From Azolla caroliniana (taxonomy: Eukaryota; Plantae; Polypodiophyta): a stretch of DNA of 64,000 nt. The stretch is taken from positions 24,800,001-24,864,000 of the forward strand of contig JBHGNT010000004.1 in NCBI GenBank assembly GCA_043228905.1, read 5' to 3'. A program made the position numbers and the translations under genes. Positions 53,369 to 64,000 of this stretch are shown here, one piece after another. Position 1 is the first letter of the stretch. The number at the start of each line of letters is the position of its first letter. The notes beneath the pieces are model-generated. The model did no database searches and was not told where the DNA came from. It saw nothing but the letters and a program-made list of their open reading frames with translations.

Positions 53369-54322
53369 ATGGCTATGGCTGTGGTGGGCTGTTTTTCCAG
53401 CTGCAGGAGTCACATTGACATGGGTTTGGGTGAAGAAGGAGTTGGAAGGAAGAAGAGGTTAGTAGGGAAGAGGATCGGCTTCACGACCCCGGCCCACTAT
53501 GCATCCCGCCTACAACACCTCCTTCACCTCGAGGGCGCGGCCACGGTGTGGGCACCCTCAGTGTCCATCCAAGCCACAGATACAAGCTGCCACATCAGCT
53601 CCCTATTCTCCTCTTCCTCGCCGCCAGCTGGCATCGCTTTCACGTCCCGTGCCGGCATCCAGGCCATCTACGAGGCATTGTGCCGGAATCCTAGCCCCCT
53701 GGACATCCCCAATGGTCGCCACCTGGCACCACATGACACTCGCTTCTTCCTCGCGGCCCTCGGAAGAGATGCCGACCTTGTGCTGGAGCTTGATCTCTTC
53801 GGTGTAAGGTCATCTAACCAAGTAAAGCTCATAGTCCCATGTGAAGCCACCCCGAAAGCTATGGTGGAAGAGCTCGGGTTCGGCTATGGTCGCTCGGTGC
53901 TTTGCCCTGTTCCCTCAGTGCAAGGGGGCTTAGAAGAGCCCCCCGTAGTGCCCGAGTTTCTAGCTCACCTGGCTCAAAATGCATGGTTTCCTCTCCGGAT
54001 GGACGCTTATGTCACCACATGGATAGGCGGTCATTGTGCCCGTCCTCTTCTTCCTTTGTCTTCCCTGGACGCCTTGGTCTTCACCTCTACTGCCGAGGTA
54101 GAAGGCTTGTTGAAGAGCTTGCATACCCTAAACATTCCTCATATTGAATCTTTTTCCGAATCTTTGAATGGTCCGAAGCCCGTGATATCTGCCCATGGTC
54201 CAGTTACCGCTGCTGGTGCGGCCCGTTTTGGCTTCTGGCCTCATGTGGTAAGCAGAAACTCTTCCAGCTTTCATGGCATTGTTGATGCCCTTGACCTCTA
54301 TTGGAGATCTCTCCCCAACTAA
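53369..54322 (+). CDS. Uroporphyrinogen-III synthase (HemD/HEM4)-like protein, intronless
   Basis: GKRIGFTTP..YASRL...L...GA..VWAP, GIAFTSRAGI, AALGRD, VLCPVP.V.GGLEEPPVVPEFL, DALVFTSTAEVEGL, AHGPVTA. This is the two-lobed HemD pattern (FTS motif twice, GPxTA). Confidence 0.82.
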   Translation: MAMAVVGCFSSCRSHIDMGLGEEGVGRKKRLVGKRIGFTTPAHYASRLQHLLHLEGAATVWAPSVSIQATDTSCHISSLFSSSSPPAGIAFTSRAGIQAIYEALCRNPSPLDIPNGRHLAPHDTRFFLAALGRDADLVLELDLFGVRSSNQVKLIVPCEATPKAMVEELGFGYGRSVLCPVPSVQGGLEEPPVVPEFLAHLAQNAWFPLRMDAYVTTWIGGHCARPLLPLSSLDALVFTSTAEVEGLLKSLHTLNIPHIESFSESLNGPKPVISAHGPVTAAGAARFGFWPHVVSRNSSSFHGIVDALDLYWRSLPN

Positions 54323-54613
54323 CAGCATCATTTAAGCATAACAAAATGCATGCATATATCATGCAACAAATGTATATAGGAATATACATGTATATATATA
54401 CATGATCAACACATATCAACAAGACATAGCAGCTTCTACTGACGTTGTATTTAACATCATCTGGTGAACTGAATTCCCCATGTTCTTGGATTCACATTCT
54501 AGATTTGATCTTGTTGATATTTATATCCACATTCAAGATTTGGTGTTATTGTTATCTTTCCAGTCATACACGGTTAGATAAAAAAAATTCAGTTATTTCT
54601 CTATGTGGTTATA

Positions 54614-54975
54614 CACGGTTGTTTCCAAGTAGCAGCAGATTAGAACAAGAAACTAATAAGACTTGCAACTGGGAAAAACTAGGAAAGTAATACATCGACA
54701 TAAAGTAGTGAAAATCAGGCCCATTTAGGTGGTAATCCAGTGCCTGTGAAGAGTGGTTGCGTTTGGTGGGACACTACAACATGCAAGAATCATGCACGGT
54801 TGTTTCCAAGTAGCAGCAGATTAGAACAAGAAACTAATAAGACTTGCAACTGGGAAAAACTAGGAAAGTAATACATCGACATAAAGTAGTGAAAATCAGG
54901 CCCATTTAGGTGGTAATCCAGTGCCTGTGAAGAGTGGTTGCGTTTGGTGGGACACTACAACATGCAAGAATCATG
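54614..54975. repeat. Perfect 181-bp tandem duplication
   Basis: CACGGTTGTTTCCAAG...GCAAGAATCATG at 54614 and 54795; identical by eye. Confidence 0.95.
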
Positions 54976-55630
54976 AAATGTCCAGTAACATGGAAGTGAT
55001 GTCAAGAAGAAAAAAATCTCAGTATACACCTCCGTTATTGACATTTAGATATCTCGAAGATAACTTGAAAATCTGCTACACGTTAGGTATTGTTGGTTTC
55101 TGCCATTTACAGACATGCTAACATCAGAAAAGTGGTCATGCTCTGCATTAAGTTACATCATTCCATTAAACTCCAGTGTAGGCAGTAATAGAAACAAAAA
55201 CATACTGGCCCTATTTCTATCCTTTCCTAACTAATACACTTCTTTTATGACTATGTCAAAAATATAACAGGAGACGAAGTTAAGAGTAGATGGTCATTAA
55301 TCAACAATGCTACGTAGTCATGACAATTTACAAAAGCTCGACCTCAAATATTATGGACAACCCTAAAATGTTAACCTTTCCCGTATCCATAATATTGGTA
55401 GTGACTAGCATAACCTCAAAAAAAACAATGATCGGTTCAACATAATTATCAATGTGGAAACCCATACGGTCATGAAATATCCATTGATAACTCTTGTTAG
55501 ACATTAGTGAAATGCAATTATACATTTACAGATGTTTTTCTTTTTCAGAAAACGGACATGAATGCCTCTTACATTAGTTCCATACGTGTTTCTGCACATC
55601 TTTTATGATGGAACTCGACCATTTAGACAG

Positions 55631-58600
55631 TTATATTGGTTCAATGATTACTTGAACTCCATGCTTTGGTCGCAGAGTAATGTTATTCAGAGGAGCATGT
55701 TTGTAGTTCGGTGAAATATGAAAACGAAAATGCTTAAGGATAAGAGCAAGGATGACCTTGGCTTCTATCATGGCATAATGTTGGCCAATACAATTGCGTG
55801 GCCCAATCCCAAATGGTATGAAACCAAATGGATGTTTGCAAGCATTCACAACCCCATTGGAGAATCGTTCCGGTTTAAATTCATCAGCATCATCTCCCCA
55901 TATGTCCTTCCTCCTATGAATGTACAAAGACTCTATCACAAATGCAGTGTTCGGGGGCAAAGTCCGAGATCCTAGTTTAAAATCTTTTTCAGTCGGGATC
56001 ATTATCCGACGTCCGAGCTCAGGCACTGGAGGATACAGCCTTAATGTCTCATTAAGCACCATGCTCACCTGCAATACCAACTAGGTCATTTCTTGTTTTG
56101 GAACAATCCACACAAATTTCTTAATACAAAATCTTTTTTAAAGAAAATCTGTAAAAGGGTATAAAAAGGGGAAATGTTTTACGATTTTCAATCTACTCAA
56201 ACTGTTGGGCTCTAGGTCTTCTCCTTTAGCACAGATTTCCAAAACCTCTTTTCTAGCTTTATCTTGCCATTCTTGGTTCAGTGATAGCAGCACCATAGTC
56301 CATGCAAGCAGACCCGCCGTTGTTTCATGACCAGCAAAGAAGAAAGTCTTGCATTCGTCTATAACATGCTGGGTGGTCAATTTTGGACCCTTGGTATTGC
56401 CTTTCGTTTCCTCTTCCAATATCAATCCTAGCAAATCCGATCCATAAACACCACCCTCGCTCTGTATTTTTTTGCGCCGTGACTCTACAATCTCATGTAG
56501 TTGAAGATTTATCTTCACCTCAAGGTTTGCACATTTACGGTTACTCTGTGTTGGCAAATATCTGAGAAGAACATCACGACAAACTCTCAACAACACATGC
56601 TATACACGTACATAGATTATTAATTCAGATGTGAGATTAGCAAAAGTTGTGTGTAGGAATTCCCAATTCCCTTTATTTTAGCACATTTTCGGTTACTCTG
56701 TGTCGGCAAATATCTGACAAGACATCACAACAAACTCTCAAGAACGCATGATATATACATGTAGATTATTAATTCAGATGTGAGATCATCTAAAGGTCTG
56801 TATAGAAATTCTCAATTCCTTTTATTCTCAAAATAGTCTCAGTAATGAATGTTGGCCTCAGTAGATAATTGTATCATGTGAGTTAACACCTGTTCAAACA
56901 GACCGTTGTATAAAGAGGGTACATTTACTGGTTCAACATGAAAATATGATATATAGTGAAGCTTAATTAATTGGAAATTAACATAAAACGGTATCTCAAA
57001 CCAGGCCTTGAATACACATGATATAGAGTTTTTTGCACATACCTGTATCCTGGGATTATTGAGGTTCGAACGCTATTCTGTGCAAGCAGCTCAAGAAGTT
57101 CAACTTGCATTTCGAACACGTCTCTCCCTTCGAGATAGCTTGAGCCAAAAAATGACCGCACAAGGATGTCAGCAGTAACATCCTTAATAGGCTTTGCAAC
57201 TTCTATCTCAAGAGGGCAACCTTGTTCTATCACCTGTTTCTTCCAGTCTTCAACCATTTCCATTGTACTTGTCATCATATGAACAACCATTTCCTATCAT
57301 ACAAAGTGCCAAAAGTGGAAAATAATAAGCTTATACAACACCATGTATAGTCAATCGTTTTTCATGTTTGAAATGTTTAATTTAATTTAGTGTAAAACCC
57401 TTAATTTTGATCCATCAATTTCGGATTTCATGACTTATGTGAATAGAAAAACACCATTCGGCGTCACCCATTAGCTATGATTATCTACAATATGGGCCTT
57501 TGCTACATGATCTTGATCATATTATACTCTCACATGAACGGACACACTTAGCTGATCCCAAGCAAATTCGTGTATAGATTCAGGTTTTGGTGACACTATC
57601 AAACCTGAAACTCTTCATCACTCTTCTCTCCAAAATCCAAGACAGGACTAAACCATTCTCCCTACCCTGTGGAAAAGTGTGTAGAAGTTACATAAACATT
57701 GTTTATCCAAGTGTATACAGTTGTCTTTGCTACATGATCTTGATCATATTATACTCTCACATGAATGGACACACTTACCTGATACCAAGCAAATTTACGT
57801 ATATATTCAGGTTTTGGTGACAATATCAAACCTGAAACTCTTCATCACTCTTCTCTCCAAAATCTAAGACAGGACTAAGCCATTCTTCCTACCCTGTGGA
57901 CAAGTGTGTAGAAGTTACATAAACATTGTTTTTCCAAGTGTATACAGTTGTCTTTGCTACATGATCTTGAGCATATTATACTCTCACATGAATAGACACA
58001 CTTATCTGACCCCAAGCAAATTTGCTTATATATTCAGTTTTTGGTGACAATATCAAACCTGAAACTCTTCGTCACTCTTCTCTCCAAAATCTAAGACAGG
58101 ACTAAGTCATTCTTCCTACCCTATGGATAGGTCTGTCGCAGTTACATAAACATTCTTTATCCAAGAGTAAACAGTTGTCTACCTTGAGTTTCTCTGCAAA
58201 GAAGGCCGGCCTCATGATGTTGCGGCGGTGTTCCCACTCTTCTCCATCAATAAGGAGGAGTCCATTTCCCAACAAGCGAAAGAAAGTCTTCTTGATAACT
58301 TCCAATCTCTTCAAATGCTTCACGTCCGCCATCAAGACACATTTGGCATCTTCCGGTTTGGTTATTGCCACCGTGGCATGAGTGCCCCACCAAAAAACAA
58401 AAGGGGCATCATCTGCATTAATAGTGAGATGAAGAAATCACCTTAAAAGGCATATCATGATTAGAGAGAATTATATCACCAAAACACATGGATCAAATAC
58501 AAGCCAAACATCAAATGGAAGGAATCAGCACAAAATCAGAATTAGTGAGAAAAAAACAATCATCAGTGAGAAGGAATCACAACAAAAATCAATAACTATT

Positions 58601-59022
58601 GACAAGGAATCACACGAAAAAGCAATCACGATTGAGAAAGTATCACCACAGTAGTATCATTGGTGAGGAGTCAACAAAAACGCATGAAGGAATAACCACA
58701 AAAGGCAATCATGAGTGAGAAGCAGCCACCGCAAATGCAATTGTGAGGAAGAAGGCACTATCACAAAAGGAATCATGAGTGAGAAGACACAACAGCAAAA
58801 GCAACCATGAGAGTCGTGAAATAACCAAAAAAAGCAACAATCAGAGAGGAGAAACTAACCTCGGAAGTGTAAAAAAAGCATCATTGCGAACAAGATGCCA
58901 TTGCAAAGACACAGTGAGAAGGAATGACAAAAAACCATTCAGTGAGAAGGAATAACCACAAACCCATCATTGGAGAGAAAATAAAAAACATCGCCGAAAC
59001 ATTACAGGAAAAGAATGAACAT

Positions 59023-59072
<50 letters not shown>

Positions 59073-59740
59073 ACCGAGAATGAGAAAACTCATCTTCAAT
59101 GTTATAAGAAAGAAAGTGCCATCTTCATTAGCACCATCATTAAAGAGAAAGAGAGAAATAGGACAGCAAGAATGGGAAAAGTTAAGTGCCATATGGTCCA
59201 TACGCATTATCATCCTTCATAATCCATAAGCATGGTGCACCATCATGGTTGTCATCCTTAAGCATGGATTACTGTCGCTGTCATAATTCGTATCATGCAT
59301 CACCCATAGGTATAGTGCACCATATCGACATCATCATAATACATCACCATCATGCATATCTTCCACGCATCAATCCATTCTGAGTAGAGTAAGAAGGGGA
59401 CATAGTAGCATAGTATGTGCCTACCTTGATAATGAGACGTGGATACGTGCTTGCTGATGAAAGGGCAAAGACGATCAAAGAGGAGATGATGATGAGAAGG
59501 CGAGGGCATGGGAGAGATTTGCGCTTCTGCATCCATCCTCCTCAACTCTACCAAGTTACCGGTGACAGGAGGATATGGAAGGACATGGAAACCCTGCTCA
59601 ACAAGGGCTTTGTAAGCAGACCAGGGGCGAATGAAGTAGGATTGAATCAATGAAAACACACGGCGCAATCCAACGATGGCAAGCAAAGACATGAAAATCG
59701 CCAGAAAGCTAAAGGAGGAGTCAATGGTGTACAGAGCCAT
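55631..59740 (-). CDS. Cytochrome P450, CYP72 clan, 537 aa, 5 exons
   Basis: Exons 59740-59425, 58412-58183, 57293-57043, 56561-56183 and 56068-55631 sum to 1614 nt. N-terminal TM, WxxxR, DECKTFFFAGHETT, ETLRLYPP, PERF, FGIGPRNCIG. Intron pattern is typical of the CYP72 clan. Confidence 0.93.
57498..58179. repeat. 227-bp x3 tandem repeat at the 5' end of CYP intron 2
   Basis: Units start at 57498, 57725 and 57952; the paralog carries one copy (~63085-63311). Confidence 0.92.
58515..58980. repeat. Degenerate ~30-bp minisatellite in CYP intron 1
   Basis: Recurrent GAGAAGGAATCACA.CAAAAAGCAATCATGAGT-like units; only ~3 units in the paralog (~63650-63740). Confidence 0.6.
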
Positions 59741-59775
59741 CTGAGTAGTCTTCCTCTTTTGTCTGTCTCTTCAGC

Positions 59776-59806
<31 letters not shown>

Positions 59807-61280
59807 GAAGAACCGATTAATTCCCCTCTATCCTTCCATCTTCTTCTTCGTCATCTGCATCTCCCCTGTTCTTCTTTCTATCTTTCATTATTTTGATCTG
59901 TTCACTATCGTTTAGTCCTTACAATCAGGAAAAAAGGGAAAAAAAGCCCAAATGGAATTGTCATCTTCTAAGAACAGCTTTCCTTTCCTGGTTCAAAAGT
60001 CGCCCATGGTCCCAACTCAATTTCACTCTAATTTCGGAACTATGTCTCACATCTGATCTTCAAGGACACTTATGTAATTATAACACATGTTAGCTACCCT
60101 CACAATATAGCTAGTGGGCAATTGAACAAAAGGAATTCGGGATAGAATCCCAACCATCCAAGCTACCAAATAAGTATTGCTTTTAGCTCCTTCATGTACA
60201 TATTGTTCTTGTATTGCATGCCTACCATCAAACATAAATTTTATCCCAATCACACCTACATAGTGGGTCTTTACTCAATATATAAATGATGGATGGAGAT
60301 CATAGCCCAAAGTGGCTTTTAGTAGATATGTAATAAATTATTCTTTTGTGGACCCAACCAACCATACAACAAATTTTGTAATTTGTCGTAAGAAAGGATG
60401 TCCATGTGCATTGCAATGCATTGTCCCAACTTGTTTTTTAGTAATGATTCTTTATCAATTGTTTTCATATGTCTTGACATGTAGTCGGTGTTGAGTCCCC
60501 ACACCAAGCAAGTCACAATAAAAAAATAACTGCTAGTTAGTGGTTGGGATAAGTACCGTTATTTATTCTGATGAGACACTACAATTAGCAAGAATAATGA
60601 ATCTTCCATTAATATGGAAGTGATGTCAAGAAGAAAATAGCTCGAAAATTTGTCTTATTATATTGTTGGTTTTTGCAACTCACACAGATGCCATCATCCA
60701 TAGGAATTCAAGCACATTCTATTAAGTAATATCAGAAAGGTGGTGATGCTCTGGATTAAGTTAACATCATTCCATTCTTTTGCATGCAATTAGGAGGCAA
60801 TCTATGGCAGCACAACTTCAGTGCAGGGCAGTTATAGAAACAAGCAATGAAGGTGAGATTCGATGGTCATTAAACAACAATATTGCATAATCATGCTTAG
60901 CCTAATACTCATCAGAATTTTCAAATGCTAGATCATAACCATGATAGACAACACTAATACCTTACAAATTTGTCGAATCCGTAGTATTAGTGGTGACTCC
61001 CATAACTTGAACAAATATTTTTTCTAAAAAGAATGATAGGCTCAGGACAATTATGAATGCGTAAACCAAGATACACAGCACAAATAAGTAGCAATGCATC
61101 ATATCCATGCCAAACCGTTACTGTCATCATATATCCTTAGCTAGCTCCTGTAAATCAGGAGTGAATTGCAATTATACACATACATACTCTTTTTCAGAAG
61201 ACCAACATGAATGCCCTCTTATTTTAGTTCCATATTCATTCCTGCACATTATTTATTATGGAAGTCAACCATTTAGACTA

Positions 61281-63544
61281 TCATATTGGTTCAATGATTA
61301 CTTGAACTCCATGCTTTGGTCGCAGAGTAATGGTATTCAGAGGAGCATGTTTGTAGTTTGGTGAAATATGAAAACGAAAATGCTTAAGGATAAGAGCAAG
61401 GATGACCTTGGCTTCTATCATGGCATAATGTTGGCCAATACAATTGCGTGGTCCAATCCCAAATGGTATGAAACCATATGGATGTTTGCAAGCATTCACA
61501 ACCCCATTGGAGAATCGTTCTGGTTTAAATTCATCAGCATCATCTCCCCATATGTCCTTCCTCCTATGGATGTATAAACACTCTATCACAAATGCAGTGT
61601 TCGGGGGCAAAGTCCGAGATCCTAGTTTAAAATCTTTTTCAGTCGGGATCATTATCCGACGTCCGAGCTCCGGCACTGGAGGATACAGCCTTAATGTCTC
61701 ATTAAGCACCATGCTCACCTGCAATACCAACTAGGTCATTTCTTGTTTTGAAACAATCCACACAAATTTCTTAATACAAAATCTTTTTTAAATAAAATCT
61801 GTAAAAGGGTATAGAAAGGGGAAATGTTTTACGATTTTCAATCTACTCAAACTGTTGGGCTCTAGGTCTTCCCTATCACCACAGATTTCCAAAACTTCTT
61901 TTCTAGCTTTATCTTGCCATTCTTGGTTCAGTGATAGCAGCACCATAGTCCATGCAAGCAGACCCGCTACTGTTTCATGACCGGCAAAGAAGAAAGTCTT
62001 GCATTCGTCTATAACATGCTGGGTGGTCAATTTTGGACCCTTAGTATTGTCTTTTGTTTCCTCTTCCAGTATCAATCCTAGCAAATCCGATCCATAAACA
62101 CCACCCTCGCTCTGTATTCTTTTGCGCCGTGACTCTACAAGCTCATGGAGTTTAAGATTTATCTTCGTCTCAAGGTTCACACATTTACGGTTACTCTTTG
62201 TTGGCAAATATCTGAGAAGAACATCACAACAAACTCTCAACAACACATGGTATAGACACACGTAGATCATTAATTCTGATGTGAGATCATCTGAAGGTGT
62301 GTTGGAATTCTAAATTCCCTTTATTTTCAAAATAGTTTCAGTAATGGATGTTGGACTCAGTAGATAATTCTATCATGTGAGTAAGATGAAAAGCTATTTT
62401 TTAGTACTTGTTCATATACACCTTTTATGTAACAAACAATGCCGTATAAACTGGTTCAAAACAAAAATATTAGTTATAGTAAAGCTTAACCTATTGGAAA
62501 TTAACATACAAGGGTATCTTAAACAAGGTTTTGTATTAACATGATATTGAGTGTTTACATACAGTAAATTGCCTCCTTCCAATAGACACTTGTGAAAGCA
62601 GTAGTTGTGCTTTTTACATACCTGTATCCTGGGATTATTGTGTTCTGAACACGAAGTCGAGCAAGCAACTGAAGAAGTTCAACTTGCATTTCAAACACGT
62701 CTCTCCCTTCGAGATAGCTAGAGCCAAACAATGACCGCACAAGGGTGACAGCAGTAACATCCTTAATGGGCTTTGCAACTTCTATCTCCAGTGGGCCACT
62801 TTGTTCTAACACCTGTTTCTTCCAGTCTTCAACCATTTCCATTGTACTTGCCGTCATGTGAACGACCATTTCCTATCATACAAAGTGCCAAAAGTCGAGA
62901 TTAACAACCTTACACAAGACCATGTACAGTAAATCATTTTTCATATTTGAAATGCGTCATGAAATTAAGAGCAAAACCTTTCATTTCGATCCTTCTCAGA
63001 ATAATCAATTTCAGTCTTCATCACTTGTGATTAGTAAAACACCATTGTATTCCACCTTTAGCCATGTTTGTCTACAATATGGGCCCTTTTTTATATGGTC
63101 TTCACTGTATTATATTCATATGCATGGCCACACTTATCTGATCCAAAGCAAATTTGCTTATATATTCAGTTTCTGGTAATAATATCAAACCTTAAACTCT
63201 TCATCACTCTTCTGTCCAAAATCTAAGACATGACTAAGCCATTCTTCCTATCCTGTGAACAAGTGTGTAGAAGTTACATAAACATTCTTTAACCATGTGT
63301 ATACAGTTGTCTACCTTGATTTTCTCTGCGAAGAAGGCCGGCCTCATGATGTTGCGGTGGTGTTCCCACTCTTCTCCATCAATAAGGAGGAGTCCATTTC
63401 CCAACAAGCGAAAGAATGACTTAATGGTAACATTCATTCTCTTAAAATGCTTCACGTCAGCCATCAAGGCACATTTGGCATCTTCTGGTTTGGTTATTGC
63501 CACTATGGCTTGGCTGCCCCACCAATAAACAAAAGGGGCGTCAT
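61281..63544 (-). CDS. Second CYP72-clan P450 paralog (exons 2-5; exon 1 lies beyond the window)
   Basis: Exons 63544-63315, 62872-62622, 62211-61833 and 61718-61281 have the same lengths as in the first paralog. AGHETV, ETLR, PERF and FGIGPRNCIG are intact. Confidence 0.92.
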
Positions 63545-64000
63545 CTGCATTAACAGTGAGATGAAGAAATCACTCAAAATAGCATATCATGATTAGAGAG
63601 AATTAATTCACCAAAACAAATGGATCGAATACAAGCCAAACATCAAGGGGAAGGAATCGCCACAAAATCGTAATTTGTGAGAAAAAAGCAAATATTAATG
63701 AGAAGGAATCACAACAGAAAGCTACCATGATCGAGAAGGATGGATTAGACTGATTGCGTATCCAATTGTTTACCAAGAACAAAGGGATTAAGCTTCCATA
63801 GACTTCACTTGATTGTGTTGTGGTTTCTTGTTTTGTTCTCAATATTCATGGAAGTTTGTTTGTTTGTTTCTTTGCTTTGGGATTACAGTAGTATAATCAA
63901 AAGGTAGCTGCTATCTTTGTCAACATGTTTGGTGGGCTTTTTAGCTCAGATTCTTTACCTCTGTAAACATTTATAGCTGGGAAGAGGGATTTTTGGCTTG

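Overview
Eukaryotic land-plant nuclear DNA: AT-rich, GT-AG introns, microsatellites. The overall style suggests a non-seed plant such as a fern, but that is inference only. Genes reconstructed by hand: a multi-exon RNase H1 (HBD + RNase H, - strand, 1846-8055); an uncharacterised coiled-coil gene (14898-18798); a small Cys/His-rich conserved protein (20162-22083); ARF1 (42629-46704); an intronless mitochondrial-type ClpP (50754-51485); an intronless HemD/uroporphyrinogen-III-synthase-like gene (53369-54322); and two tandem CYP72-clan P450s (55631-59740, and 61281 to beyond the window end). Mobile DNA: a decayed Copia, a 5'-truncated L1-type LINE lying in a (CT)n tract, a young full-length chromovirus (Ty3/gypsy) with 465-bp LTRs and a CACTC TSD, a hAT MITE, several Mutator-like MITEs and tRNA-derived SINE heads. 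The most striking unexplained structure is a ~2.7-kb head-to-tail array of ~15 degenerate tRNA-Val(AAC) genes in ~180-210-bp units (10156-12850), which looks like a tRNA cluster turning into a satellite. Also notable: acidic HBD-like exon repeats in the RNase H1 linker, and a likely spliced 5' leader with phased palindromes in the chromovirus. All exon models and motif calls were read by eye; no database search was run.
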